DNA from: an uncultured Methanosarcinales archaeon
GTDB taxonomy: Archaea > Nanobdellota > Nanobdellia > Woesearchaeales > ARS49
Assembly (NCBI GenBank): GCA_964358315.1
Contig: CAYHOF010000004.1
Span: forward strand, 2,431 to 66,430
Reading direction: 5' to 3'
Length of the DNA: 64,000 bases
The notes under the pieces are model-generated. The model did not search any database. It had not been told where the DNA came from and saw only the letters and a list, made by a program, of their open reading frames with translations. The position numbers and the translations under genes were made by a program. Of this stretch, positions 44,004-53,547 are shown in pieces (positions within the stretch are counted from its first letter, which is position 1; the number at the start of each line of letters is the position of its first letter).

Positions 44004-44390
44004 ATGGGTCTTCTCTGGGGTGTACAGACTACCATGAAGCGAGTGAAGGCTGTTTTACCGAGTTGGCGCGAGAAGAAGCGCTACGTCGCATTCGAAGTTC
44101 TCTCTCATAGCAAGATCAAGGCAGTGTCGGAAGTGTCCAAAGCGATCTGGCGATCGCACCTCGCGGTGTGCGGGGAGCTTGGCGCCGCACAGGCAGGCAT
44201 GATGTTCTTGCACAACAAGTACGATCCGCGCACGCAACGTGGTCTGCTCCGAGTGAGCCATGACCACGTCCATCACGTGCGCGCGTCGCTCGCGTTGCTG
44301 CAACAGATCGAACAACAGCCCGTCATCGTGCGCAGCGTCGGCACGTCGGGCGTGTTACGCAAGGCGGAAGGACGCTATCTGGCGGCATAA
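44004..44390 (+). CDS. RNase P protein subunit Pop5 (Rpp14-like)
   Basis: 'KRYVAFEVLS...' Pop5 signature, ~120 aa, directly upstream of psmA as in the archaeal exosome superoperon. The alternative start is at 44034. Confidence 0.65.
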   Translation: MGLLWGVQTTMKRVKAVLPSWREKKRYVAFEVLSHSKIKAVSEVSKAIWRSHLAVCGELGAAQAGMMFLHNKYDPRTQRGLLRVSHDHVHHVRASLALLQQIEQQPVIVRSVGTSGVLRKAEGRYLAA

Positions 44391-44408
44391 CAACGAGGCT
44401 CAACAACC

Positions 44409-45161
44409 ATGGTACGAGAAGAGGGAATGCAACCGATGCAGCATCAGATGATGGGCTACGACCGCGCCATCACCATGTTCAGTCCGGACGGACGGCTGCT
44501 GCAGGTGGAATACGCGAAGAAGACGGTCAGGCAAGGCAGCACGGCGATCGGCATCGTGTGCAGCGACGGCATCGTGCTCGCCGCGGACAAACGCATCGTG
44601 GACAAGCTCATCATCCCCGAGAGCGTCGAGAAGATATTCGAGATCGACACGCACATCGGCGCCACGGCAGCGGGCATCCTTTCGGACGCACGCGTGCTCG
44701 TCGAGCGCGCCCAGGTCAAGGCGCAACAGCACCGTGTGACCTACGACGCGGCGATCGACATCCTCGCGGTCGTGAAGGACATCGGTTCGTTGTGCCAGAT
44801 CACGACGCAGAGCGGCGGCTTCCGCCCCTTCGGCGTGTCACTCCTCGTCGCAGGCGTCGACCAGGATGGCGCGGCGAAACTGTTCGAGACCGACCCGACA
44901 GGCATATTTTTCCAGTTCAAGGCGACAGTCATCGGCGAGGCCGAGCCCGAGATCGAGGAGATCCTGGGCAAGGAGTACAACGAGAAGATGACGATGGAGG
45001 ACGGCTTGCGCCTGGCGCTGCACGCGCTCAACAAGGTCCTCGACAAGAATTTCAACGTGGAACGCATCGACGCGGCGATAATCCCCATCAGCACGAAACG
45101 GCTCGAGAACGTCAGTCGTGAACGGCTGGAGAAATTGCTGCGCGACGCCAAGAAGAAGTAA
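44409..45161 (+). CDS. psmA: Proteasome subunit alpha
   Basis: 'GYDRAITMFSPDGRLLQVEYA' is the canonical alpha-subunit N-terminus. 'TAIGIVCSDGIVLAADKR'. The TAA overlaps the next ATG. Confidence 0.9.
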   Translation: MVREEGMQPMQHQMMGYDRAITMFSPDGRLLQVEYAKKTVRQGSTAIGIVCSDGIVLAADKRIVDKLIIPESVEKIFEIDTHIGATAAGILSDARVLVERAQVKAQQHRVTYDAAIDILAVVKDIGSLCQITTQSGGFRPFGVSLLVAGVDQDGAAKLFETDPTGIFFQFKATVIGEAEPEIEEILGKEYNEKMTMEDGLRLALHALNKVLDKNFNVERIDAAIIPISTKRLENVSRERLEKLLRDAKKK

Positions 45162-45853
45162 TGGCAGAACACATCATCGTCGCGAAATACCAGAAGGGTT
45201 CTGAGCGGTTCGAAGTGGTCATCGACCCGGACAAAGCCATGGCGTTCCGGCAGGGCAAGGCGTCGCTCAATGACGCTGTGCGCTTCCCTGCCATCTACAC
45301 CGACGCCAAGAAGGGAGAGAAGGCGTCGACGATGCAGCTCAAGAACGTCTTTGGCACAGATGACGTCGACAAGGTGTGTGAGGAGATCGTGCGTCACGGC
45401 CAGATCCCGCAGACCGGCGCGTCGCGCGACGCGGCGATGACGCAGATCCGTTCACGCCTCATCGAACTGATCCATCGCAGCGGCGTCGATCCCAAGACGC
45501 ACGCACCGCACCCTCGTACGCGCATCGAGAACGCACTCGTCGAGGCCAAGGTGCGCATCGACGCGAACCAGTCCGCGGACGCGCAAGTGCAGGACGTCAT
45601 CAAGCAGCTGCGTCCGATCCTGCCCTTCAAGAGCGAACAGCACCAGTTCCAGGTCGAAGTGCCTGTGAGCGCTGTCGGCGCTGCGCTCAAGATCCTCAAG
45701 GGCACGGGCAAGCTTCTCAAGGAGCACTGGAACGACAAAGGAGACCTTATCGCGACCGTCGAAGTGCCAGGCGGTCTCTCGGTCGACTTCCAGGAGAGCA
45801 TCATGGCAGCCACGCACGGCAAGGCACAATTCACGATACTCAAGAGAGAGTAG
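45161..45853 (+). CDS. sdo1: Ribosome maturation protein Sdo1 (SBDS family)
   Basis: 230 aa at the conserved superoperon position between psmA and rrp4. N-terminal 'IVAKYQKGSERFEVVIDPDKAMAFRQGK' matches the SBDS FYSH domain. Confidence 0.8.
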   Translation: MAEHIIVAKYQKGSERFEVVIDPDKAMAFRQGKASLNDAVRFPAIYTDAKKGEKASTMQLKNVFGTDDVDKVCEEIVRHGQIPQTGASRDAAMTQIRSRLIELIHRSGVDPKTHAPHPRTRIENALVEAKVRIDANQSADAQVQDVIKQLRPILPFKSEQHQFQVEVPVSAVGAALKILKGTGKLLKEHWNDKGDLIATVEVPGGLSVDFQESIMAATHGKAQFTILKRE

Positions 45854-45865
45854 GAGAACCAACAT

Positions 45866-46564
45866 ATGACAGATCAATTGTTAGTGAAGGATAAGGACGT
45901 GGTAGTCCCTGGCGAGACGCTCGCCACCGGCATGACCTACGTTCCTGCCGCGGGAACCTACCGCGAAGGCGACAACATCATCGCCTCCAAACTAGGGCTT
46001 GCGAGCGTGGAAGGCAAGGTCCTCAAGATCGTGCCGCTCGCAGACGCATACGTGCCAAAGGTTGGCGACGTCGTCGTCGGTGAAGTCAACGATGTCATGT
46101 TTTCGGGCTGGCGTATCAGTCTCATGGGTCCGTACAGCGCAGTGCTATCCGTCAAGGACGCGACGAGCGACTTCATCGGTCGCGGCGTCGACCTGACGCA
46201 GTACTTCGGCCTTGGCGACTACTTGTTCTGCAAGATCGTCAACGTGACGTCGCAGAAACTCATCGACGTCACGCTCCGTGGCACTGGCCTGCGCAAGTTG
46301 CAGGGTGGCAGGCTCATCACGGTCAATCCGGCGAAAGTGCCGCGCATCATCGGCCGTGAAGGCACGATGGCGGCCATGATCCAACAGGCGACCAAGACCG
46401 AGATCGTCATCGGCCAGAACGGCACGATCTGGGTGAACGGCGAGCCGACGATGGAAATGATCGCGGTCAAGGCGATCCAGATGATCGAGGACCACGCGCA
46501 CAAGAGCGGGCTCACGCAGACCATGAAGACATGGCTTGAGCAGCAAATCGGAGGTGCTCGCTAA
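45866..46564 (+). CDS. rrp4: Exosome complex component Rrp4 (S1 + KH domains)
   Basis: 'VVPGETLATGMTY...GDVVVGEV' is an S1 fold. C-terminal KH-like 'GREGTMAAMIQQATKTEIVIGQNG'. The TAA overlaps the rrp41 ATG. Confidence 0.85.
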   Translation: MTDQLLVKDKDVVVPGETLATGMTYVPAAGTYREGDNIIASKLGLASVEGKVLKIVPLADAYVPKVGDVVVGEVNDVMFSGWRISLMGPYSAVLSVKDATSDFIGRGVDLTQYFGLGDYLFCKIVNVTSQKLIDVTLRGTGLRKLQGGRLITVNPAKVPRIIGREGTMAAMIQQATKTEIVIGQNGTIWVNGEPTMEMIAVKAIQMIEDHAHKSGLTQTMKTWLEQQIGGAR

Positions 46565-47289
46565 TGGCATATACCAAACGTTTCGACGGACGCGCGATCG
46601 ATGAGACGCGTCCCATCACCGCAAAGGTCGGCATCATCCCGCGTGCGAACGGCAGCGCGATGTTCCAGATCGGCGCGACGACGGCGATAGCCGCGGTCTA
46701 CGGACCGCGCGAGATGCACCCCAAGTTCATGCAGAACCCCAAAGGCGGCGTGTTGCGCTGCCACTACAGCATGATGCCTTTCTCAGGCCATGGCGATCGC
46801 GTCAAGCCCGGCCAGAACAGGCGTGCGAAGGAGATCAGCCGTGTCATCGAGAACTCGTTGCGTCCGGTCGTCGACCTCACGCAGTTCCCAAACGCCGTCG
46901 TGGACGTGTTCATCGAACTGCCGCAGACTGATGCGGGCACGCGCTGTGCAGGCATCACTGCCGCGGCGATGGCGCTCGCCGACGCAGGCATCGACATGAA
47001 GGACCTTGTCGCGGCTGTCGCGATCGGCTTCGTGGACGACCGTGTCGTGGCAGACCTCAACTACAACGAGGAGCACTACAACGACTACTCGGACAACCCT
47101 GACAAGGACAGGCCAGTGGCAGACATCCCTATCGCGATGCTGCCCACGACCGGCGAGGTCAGCTTGCTGCAGATGGACGGCAAGGTGCGACGTGAAGCGC
47201 TCAAGGACGCGCTGCAGCTGGGCATCACGGTGTGCCGCAAGATCAACGACGTGCAACGCAAGGCCCTCAAGGCCAAGTATGCGGAGTGA
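46564..47289 (+). CDS. rrp41: Exosome complex exonuclease Rrp41 (RNase PH family)
   Basis: 'RFDGRAIDETRPI...DGSAMFQIGATTAIAAVYGP' are RNase PH motifs. Confidence 0.85.
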   Translation: MAYTKRFDGRAIDETRPITAKVGIIPRANGSAMFQIGATTAIAAVYGPREMHPKFMQNPKGGVLRCHYSMMPFSGHGDRVKPGQNRRAKEISRVIENSLRPVVDLTQFPNAVVDVFIELPQTDAGTRCAGITAAAMALADAGIDMKDLVAAVAIGFVDDRVVADLNYNEEHYNDYSDNPDKDRPVADIPIAMLPTTGEVSLLQMDGKVRREALKDALQLGITVCRKINDVQRKALKAKYAE

Positions 47290-47294
47290 ACACA

Positions 47295-48068
47295 ATGACA
47301 GACTCATTACGACAACACATCCTGGCGGGCCTCGACAAGAACGTCCGCCTGGATGGAAGGAAGAAGGACGACTACCGTCCGATCAGCATCGAGTACGACG
47401 TGTCGAAGTCGGCCGAAGGAAGTGCGCGCATCCGCGTGGGCCAGACCGACCTCATCGCGGGCGTCAAGATCGCGGTCGAAGAACCGTATGACGACACGCC
47501 TGACAAGGGCAACCTGATGGTCAATGCCGAGCTCATCCCGCTCTCGAGCCCCGAGTTCGAAGTGGGTGCGCCTTCCGATTGGGCAATCGAGGTCGCGCGC
47601 ATCACCGACCGCGGTATCCGCGAGTCGGGCGCGCTCGAACCAAAGACGCTCTGCATCGAGTCAGGCAAGCTTGTGTGGAGCGTCATGGTCGACGTCATCC
47701 CGGTCAACGACGCGGGCAACCTGCTCGACGCGGCCGGCCTGAGCGCGCTCGCCGCGCTCTCGGTCGCAAAGTACCCTGGCATCAAGGACGGCAAGGTCGA
47801 CTATGAACACCGCACCGAGAAGAGGATCCAGCTCGCAAGCAAGCCCATCCCGGTCACGGTGTGGAAGATCGGCAAGCACCTGCTCATCGACCCCCTTCCC
47901 GAGGAGGAGAAGGTCATGGACGCGAGACTGACGATAACAACGACAGAGGACGGCACCATCGTCGCGCTGCAGAAAGGCGGCGAGACACCGCTCACGATCG
48001 ACGAGATCGACGAGATGGTCGGCATGGCACTGGGTGTCGCCGCGAAACTTCGAGCACTGCTCAAGTGA
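47295..48068 (+). CDS. rrp42: Exosome complex component Rrp42 (RNase PH-like, inactive subunit)
   Basis: 'LRQHILAGLDKNVRLDGRKKDDYRPISIEY' is an RNase PH-like N-terminus. The start at MTDSLRQ lies inside the ORF-track frame that begins at the GTG at 47232. Confidence 0.85.
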   Translation: MTDSLRQHILAGLDKNVRLDGRKKDDYRPISIEYDVSKSAEGSARIRVGQTDLIAGVKIAVEEPYDDTPDKGNLMVNAELIPLSSPEFEVGAPSDWAIEVARITDRGIRESGALEPKTLCIESGKLVWSVMVDVIPVNDAGNLLDAAGLSALAALSVAKYPGIKDGKVDYEHRTEKRIQLASKPIPVTVWKIGKHLLIDPLPEEEKVMDARLTITTTEDGTIVALQKGGETPLTIDEIDEMVGMALGVAAKLRALLK

Positions 48069-48076
48069 GGGAAACA

Positions 48077-48307
48077 ATGGAACGCTACACCAAATACGAG
48101 ACCGCGCGCATGATCGGCTCGCGCGCACTGCAGATCGCCATGGGCGCGCCGTTCATGGTCAAGATGACGCCCGAGGACCTGGAAGAGATCGGCTACAACC
48201 CGATCGAGATCGCCAAGAAAGAGCTCGCGGCCGACGTGCTGCCGCTCACCGTGCGCAGGACACCGCCTGTCCTCAAGAAATCAGGCGCAGGCCCCAGGCA
48301 GGAATAA
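48077..48307 (+). CDS. rpoK: DNA-directed RNA polymerase subunit K (Rpo6/RpoK)
   Basis: 'MERYTKYETARMIGSRALQIAMGAPFMVKMTPEDLEEIGYNPIEIAKKEL' is the conserved Rpb6/RpoK core. 76 aa. Confidence 0.85.
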   Translation: MERYTKYETARMIGSRALQIAMGAPFMVKMTPEDLEEIGYNPIEIAKKELAADVLPLTVRRTPPVLKKSGAGPRQE

Positions 48308-48340
48308 TTCTTTTCTGTTTTTTTTCTTTCAATTCTTCGC
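48308..48340 (+). terminator. Oligo-T archaeal-type terminator after rpoK
   Basis: 'ttcttttctgttttttttctttcaattctt' immediately after the rpoK stop. Confidence 0.5.
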
Positions 48341-48442
48341 ATGCTATGCTCATGTCGCCACAAATCCCGACAGGCTGTTGCGTTATATTTATATACCAAC
48401 AATGCAAGGATGTCGTTAGATATTCATGAGGAGGTGTATTCC

Positions 48443-48808
48443 ATGAAGAAGTTTGTATTGTTGCTCGCGGTGCTCACACTGGCGGTCATGGTCGCATGCG
48501 CGCCCAAACCAGAACAGCCCGCGGCACCCGCGCCGGCCCCTGCGCCTGCGCCGGCACCGGCCCCTGCGCCGGTCGCGCCAGCACCTGCAGAAGAGCCAGC
48601 AGAAGGCACGACGCCCGTCATCGACGAGCCCGTCGAAGGACTTGGTGAGTCGAAGCTCGACGAATCAGGCGAAAAGTGCGGCGACCAGGCAAACGAGAAT
48701 GCCATGACGCTCGAGGAGCAGAAGGACGCGAACGCGTGCTGCACCGAGGAGCTCGGCATCCCGGCGCTCTACGACAAGAGCAACGGCAAGTGCGTGCCTA
48801 TCGGTTAA
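48443..48808 (+). CDS. Small secreted lipoprotein: lipobox VMVAC, Pro/Ala-rich linker, Cys-containing C-terminus
   Basis: 'MKKFVLLLAVLTLAVMVAC' then '(AP)n'. A GGAGGTG Shine–Dalgarno sits 7 nt upstream. TATA 'ttatatttatata' at ~48385. Confidence 0.65.
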   Translation: MKKFVLLLAVLTLAVMVACAPKPEQPAAPAPAPAPAPAPAPAPVAPAPAEEPAEGTTPVIDEPVEGLGESKLDESGEKCGDQANENAMTLEEQKDANACCTEELGIPALYDKSNGKCVPIG

Positions 48809-48817
48809 GCGAACCGC

Positions 48818-48855
48818 TTGTTTTTGTTTTTTTTATTTTATCGTTTTCTTTTCCT
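48818..48855 (+). terminator. Oligo-T terminator
   Basis: 'cttgtttttgttttttttattttatcgttttcttttcc' follows the stop at 48808. Confidence 0.5.
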
Positions 48856-48919
48856 CGTATTCTGGTCCAAACATTAAAATAGCAATTCGAACGCCTTGAG
48901 CACACCAAGAGGTGTCTGT

Positions 48920-49927
48920 ATGAAACTCATCACGATTCTGTGCGTCGTCATCATATCGCTTATGGTCGCCTGCGCGCCTGCCACGCCGGCGAAGAACGAG
49001 TCGGCCACTGAGCCCGTTGTCGAGGAGGTCATCAATTCCTCCATCAACGTCACGGCCTCCGACGAGACGACGGACGATGATATCGAAGGTGCGCTCGACG
49101 AAGTGGATGAAGCAGGCGAGGAAGAAACAGCGCCTGAAGCAGAAGCGGCGCCGGTTGAAACCATCACGACGTGTCCTCTTCTGAGCGCAGAAGCCGTGCA
49201 GAAGGAGTGCGGCATCGTGGCGCTCCCGAACGCGACGGTCGAGGACGGCCATTGTGTGTTCCGCCTCGGTCCGTACACGCTCAATGTTTCGTCCACCACC
49301 GCGACAAAGGCGGACCTTGATGACTGGATGGCGTTGATTTACACCAGCGATGAGTCCGGTGAATTGGCGCCGTACGGCGCGCGCGCCGAGATGAGCGGCA
49401 TCAAATATTTCGCCTGGTTCACGGGTGCGAAACTCGTGATCGCGGCGAGCAGCAACGTGCTCATCTGCACCGGGGACAAGGTCGACAATGTCGCGGGCGC
49501 AATCAACCTCAAGGCGATCATCGGCACCGAGGTCGATGCGTGGACCGAGCTCAAGACGCACATCACCTTCGACAGCAAGGCGATCACGATGGATAACGTT
49601 GCCATGGCGAAGCTGCTTTCGATGTCCTTTGATTACGAAGGCGACATCATCCCGAGGGATGGCAACAGCACGGGGGAGGTCAAGGCGAGTTTCGAAGACA
49701 AGCAGTACAGCATGCTTGCCACCATCGAGACGCTCGCGCAAGGCTCGTACCAGGGCTGGATCGTGCGCAAAGGCAGCAATGCCAGCGTGATCAGCACGGG
49801 CGAGCTCAAGACGACAAGCGAAGGGTTCATCAACGCGTACGCGTCGGGCAACGACCTCACGGACCACACGTTCTACATCGTGACCAGCGGCGACACTGTC
49901 GTCATGGAAGGGCATCTGGAGAACTGA
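48920..49927 (+). CDS. Lipoprotein, hypothetical (lipobox LMVAC)
   Basis: 'MKLITILCVVIISLMVACAP' signal peptide with a lipobox Cys. Acidic Ser/Thr-rich region follows. Confidence 0.6.
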   Translation: MKLITILCVVIISLMVACAPATPAKNESATEPVVEEVINSSINVTASDETTDDDIEGALDEVDEAGEEETAPEAEAAPVETITTCPLLSAEAVQKECGIVALPNATVEDGHCVFRLGPYTLNVSSTTATKADLDDWMALIYTSDESGELAPYGARAEMSGIKYFAWFTGAKLVIAASSNVLICTGDKVDNVAGAINLKAIIGTEVDAWTELKTHITFDSKAITMDNVAMAKLLSMSFDYEGDIIPRDGNSTGEVKASFEDKQYSMLATIETLAQGSYQGWIVRKGSNASVISTGELKTTSEGFINAYASGNDLTDHTFYIVTSGDTVVMEGHLEN

Positions 49928-50593
49928 TCAGTCGACGAGGGCGAGGATGTCCGCGAAGCGCCCTAGGGTGTGGTCTGCGTCGGCAGGACGCGGCTCCCGT
50001 GACCCGTACGCGGCAAGACATGTGGTGATGCCCAGGCTTCGCGCGCCTGCCATGTCGCGGTCGCAGTTGTCGCCCACCATCATGACTTGCGATGGCTTGA
50101 GCTTCATGAGCATGAGCGCCTGCTCGAAGGGTTCTTTGTGCGGTTTGAGCTTGCCTGTGTCGTCGAACGTGACGACGTGGTCGAAGAAGTCCTCGAGGTT
50201 CATGCCTGCCAGGCGCAGCCATGCCTCGAGCCGCGGTGCGTCGGTGACGATGCACAATTGCAGTCCTTTCTGCTTGAGCGCGAGCAGAGTCTTGCGCACG
50301 CCAGGGTACGGGACGAGGTGCGACGCCTTCGCGCTCCTGTACGCGAGGATGCCGCGCGCCAGTTTCTTGTAATCGACCCTGCCTTCCATCTTGAGCAGGA
50401 ACTCATCGAAGATCCGTTGGTACTCGATGCCGAACTTGTCCCAGAGCGCGCTCAGTTCCGCCATCGCGTGCTTCTTGTCCAGCGTGAGCCCGGCCTCGAT
50501 CATCGCGTCCATCGCGGCCTCGCATGCGGCGTTCTTCATCTTCATGAAGTCGATGATGGTGTTGTCGAGGTCGAAGAGGACGCCTTTGATCAT
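49928..50593 (-). CDS. HAD-superfamily hydrolase
   Basis: 'VLFDLDNTI' motif I and 'VGDNCDRD' motif IV. Start taken at MIKGVLFDLDNT. TATA 'gtttatatcg' ~22 nt upstream on the minus strand. Confidence 0.65.
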   Translation of the reverse strand: MIKGVLFDLDNTIIDFMKMKNAACEAAMDAMIEAGLTLDKKHAMAELSALWDKFGIEYQRIFDEFLLKMEGRVDYKKLARGILAYRSAKASHLVPYPGVRKTLLALKQKGLQLCIVTDAPRLEAWLRLAGMNLEDFFDHVVTFDDTGKLKPHKEPFEQALMLMKLKPSQVMMVGDNCDRDMAGARSLGITTCLAAYGSREPRPADADHTLGRFADILALVD

Positions 50594-50694
50594 GGCCGCA
50601 GGGAAACTGCGCGTCGATATAAACATTCCCTCACGACTATTTGACCACAACGCATTTAAAGTTCGCAACGCATCGTCAGTCCATCAAAAAGGTG

Positions 50695-51468
50695 ATGTTC
50701 ATGGAAGCGTCGTTCAAATGGGTCATGGTCGTTCTTGCGGTGTTGTCGTTGTCGATGCTTGCCGCGTGCGGCAAGGCGCCGGAACAGCCGACGCAGCCTT
50801 CGCAACCCGACCAGCCCTCGCAACCTGAACAACCGGGCGCACCTGTGGCGCCGACAGAACCTGTCAAGACGCCCGCAGAGATCAAGGCAGGCCCCACGCC
50901 GGGATGTCCGACGACGGCCGAGCGCGTCCAGTACAATTGCCAGCTCAAGGTCTTGCCTGAGAAGGGAGAGGGCTGCACGTTCCACGTCCCGGCCGATGGT
51001 TTCGGCAAGGAGGGCGGTGATGTCACGTACACGAAGGTGTCTGCCACGGTCGACGACTACGTCGCTGCGTACGAGGAGATATACCCTGGCGAGGAGACGT
51101 ATGAGCTCAAGCCGCGCTCCACGCGACGGGAAAAGAAACCGTACTCGTACTTTTTCTGGTTCACCGGCGACAGTCTGATCACGATGACCGGCACGACGTC
51201 GCTCTGTCCCAGCGACCGTCTCAAACGGCTCGTGGTCGAGATGGAGTCCGGCATCGAGCAGAAGGCGCCCGAGCCTTTCTGCGGCGTCTCGACAAAAGGG
51301 ACGTGCGCGGTCGACGCTGACTGCGTCGTGAGCGGGTGCTCGTCGCAGGTATGCGGTGCCGCGACAGAAGAGCCGCTCGTGACCACGTGCGAAGACAAGG
51401 CATGCTACAAGGCACGCAACTTCGGCCTCAGCTGTAGGTGCATGGAACGCCAGTGCCAGTGGGGATAA
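50695..51468 (+). CDS. Lipoprotein with a Cys-rich C-terminal domain (lipobox MLAAC)
   Basis: 'MFMEASFKWVMVVLAVLSLSMLAACG', a Gln/Pro-rich linker, and C-terminal 'CAVDADCVVSGCSSQVCG...CEDKACY...CRCMERQCQWG'. Confidence 0.6.
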   Translation: MFMEASFKWVMVVLAVLSLSMLAACGKAPEQPTQPSQPDQPSQPEQPGAPVAPTEPVKTPAEIKAGPTPGCPTTAERVQYNCQLKVLPEKGEGCTFHVPADGFGKEGGDVTYTKVSATVDDYVAAYEEIYPGEETYELKPRSTRREKKPYSYFFWFTGDSLITMTGTTSLCPSDRLKRLVVEMESGIEQKAPEPFCGVSTKGTCAVDADCVVSGCSSQVCGAATEEPLVTTCEDKACYKARNFGLSCRCMERQCQWG

Positions 51469-51500
51469 TCTTTTAAACGATCCCTGTCGAGGACACGTCA

Positions 51501-51782
51501 ATGGACACGGTCACCGATGCCAAGCTCGCGAGCTATTTCGACGTGACAGGCCGGGCGCTCAAGAAAGCCAAGCCGGCGAAAGGCCATCAGCAACAAGCGC
51601 GCATCATCCTTGACATGGCACAACGCTACTTCGACGACGCCAAACACTTCGAGAAGAAAGGTGACAAGGTCCTCGCGTTCGCCGCTCTCAACTACGCGCA
51701 CGGCTGGCTTGATTGCGGCGCAAGACTAGGAATCCTCGACGTCGGCAAGGACAACGTGCTCTTCACGGTCGACGATTCCTAA
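51501..51782 (+). CDS. Small conserved archaeal protein (DUF357-like)
   Basis: 93-aa helical protein: 'AKLASYFDVTGRALKKA...AQRYFDDAKHFEKKGDKVLAFAALNYAHGWLD'. Confidence 0.4.
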   Translation: MDTVTDAKLASYFDVTGRALKKAKPAKGHQQQARIILDMAQRYFDDAKHFEKKGDKVLAFAALNYAHGWLDCGARLGILDVGKDNVLFTVDDS

Positions 51783-52912
51783 TTGCTTTTTCTTTTGTGG
51801 ATCCGGTATGCTTGTATCATGTTGCACAGCATGCCGTTGACGGCGTCCAGAAGATGAGGGTTGCCGATCGGCTGATCTGTGATCGCGGGGTCGTCGTGTC
51901 CGGCGACCGCACGCAAGAATGACGTGTCGCAGCTCTCAAGAGGGTCCGTGATGTTGACGATCGTGGAAGTCCGCTCGCCTGACTGGAGCCCGAAACGATA
52001 GGGTGGGCCTGCGTCATCCCATTTGCGCACGGTGTAGGAATTATCCTTCGTGCCGATCGTGATCTCTAAATACTGTTTGGCGGCATTCTCGTCCGCTGCG
52101 GGTTTCTTCGGATCCATTGGCGTGGCATCGAGATGGAAGCGCACGCCAACAGTGCTGCCGGAAGGCTGTTTGTAGTCCCCTGCGACGATCAGCTTGTAGT
52201 CGGTGGGTTCGGTGAACGGAAGCAGCTGGGTCCGGTTAGGGTTCGTGCCAAGGATGAGCGAGCCAGGACCGCACAATCCGCGCAGCAAGGTCAGGAGGTG
52301 GTCGCCCAGGTCCACAAGCAGTTCTTCACCGCCGCACCCGGACGCGGTGCCAAACCGCACTTTCATATACGTCACATCGCGAGGGTCCAGCGCTCGTTGC
52401 AGGCCTGCCGCGTGATGGATGCCGGGCATATCGTTGTGAACGATGGCTGCATATTGCGAACCACCCGCCAGTATCCTGTCCTTGAGTTGTGCGAACACGA
52501 ACAACTCTTCCGCATTCCTGCGATTCTCGTGCGTTCCTATGCGCGGATCCCAGCACAACGGTTTCTCGCACAGGACGTGGCAGCCGTGCTCGAGCGCGTA
52601 CATGGCGTGTTCGTAATGGTGTTCTACGGGCGACGCGATGATGACTGCGTCAGGTTTGAGCGTGTCGATCATGGCGGTGTGGTCCACGAATGTCCTGGTG
52701 GTGTGGCGCAGCGCGGCGACGCGTTGTGGAGGCAAATTCCGTCGTTGCACCATCCAGTCGTAGACATCGTTGCACGCGAGGTCGCCCTTGTCGCGGCACA
52801 TGCCCACGAGGGTGCAGAGGTCATCGTGTTTTGCCAGCTGGTATGCGTGCGCCTTGCCGATACGGCCGACGCCGATGACTGCCACGCGCGGCCTGTGTTG
52901 GTCCTCACTCAT
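51779..52912 (-). CDS. Gfo/Idh/MocA-family NAD(P)-dependent oxidoreductase
   Basis: N-terminal Rossmann 'RVAVIGVGRIGKAHA' and 'EKP' motif. 377 aa. Confidence 0.7.
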   Translation of the reverse strand: MSEDQHRPRVAVIGVGRIGKAHAYQLAKHDDLCTLVGMCRDKGDLACNDVYDWMVQRRNLPPQRVAALRHTTRTFVDHTAMIDTLKPDAVIIASPVEHHYEHAMYALEHGCHVLCEKPLCWDPRIGTHENRRNAEELFVFAQLKDRILAGGSQYAAIVHNDMPGIHHAAGLQRALDPRDVTYMKVRFGTASGCGGEELLVDLGDHLLTLLRGLCGPGSLILGTNPNRTQLLPFTEPTDYKLIVAGDYKQPSGSTVGVRFHLDATPMDPKKPAADENAAKQYLEITIGTKDNSYTVRKWDDAGPPYRFGLQSGERTSTIVNITDPLESCDTSFLRAVAGHDDPAITDQPIGNPHLLDAVNGMLCNMIQAYRIHKRKSN

Positions 52913-52967
52913 GCGACGATGGAACGAGGCGCCCCTTAAAAGTGTTACTCTGGAGTGGGTTCAAATG

Positions 52968-52975
52968 TTTATAAG
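52968..52975 (+). promoter_or_regulatory. TATA box 'tttataag' 28 nt upstream of the ATG at 52999 (leaderless). A divergent 'ccttaaaag' sits 27 nt from the oxidoreductase start.
   Basis: Spacing measured from the sequence. Confidence 0.45.
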
Positions 52976-52998
52976 CATCGGCGCGCCTTGTCGCAGGC

Positions 52999-53547
52999 AT
53001 GAACGAGATCATCCGCAAGGACATCCTCAAGGTGCTCAGCTCCACGATCGAGGCGTTCAAGCAGCAGCGCTTCCAGGACTTCTCCGCGATCTCGAACCAG
53101 ACCATCCACAACGCGACCATCTACCAGGACGAGGACAGTCTGGCGGTGGCCGTGCTTGTGTATGCGCTGGGCAAGGTCGCCACGCGTTGCATGGAGACCG
53201 GCGGCAAGTGTCCCAACCTGTTGCCGCAGCTCAACGCGCTGGATGGCTTGCTCGCGCAGGACCGGCAGGAGGAGTATCGTGCCGCGATGCGCAAGATCCT
53301 TGACGACATCCGCGCGTTCGACGAGAAGATGCACATGTACATCGAGGAGGTGCTGCAGAAAGCACGGCTCAAGAAAGGCAGCAAGCTGCACGAGCACGGC
53401 ATCAGCATCGCGCGCGCCGCCGAGATCCTGGGCATCTCGCAATGGGAACTGATGTCCTACATCGGCAAGACCTCCGTGCCCGACATGCATGCGGCGAAAG
53501 AAGATGTACGTACGCGCTACAAGCGGGCGAGGGCGCTCTTCGGATGA
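52999..53547 (+). CDS. UPF0175-like antitoxin-type protein with a C-terminal HTH
   Basis: C-terminal 'ISIARAAEILGISQWELMSYIG'. Its stop overlaps the next gene's ATG (ATGA). Confidence 0.45.
   Translation: MNEIIRKDILKVLSSTIEAFKQQRFQDFSAISNQTIHNATIYQDEDSLAVAVLVYALGKVATRCMETGGKCPNLLPQLNALDGLLAQDRQEEYRAAMRKILDDIRAFDEKMHMYIEEVLQKARLKKGSKLHEHGISIARAAEILGISQWELMSYIGKTSVPDMHAAKEDVRTRYKRARALFG

Noticed and set aside
48833-49915. 360-aa minus ORF opposite the lipoprotein gene 48920..49927
   Set aside because: R/D/G-rich antisense translation. The plus-strand protein has a clean signal peptide and lipobox.
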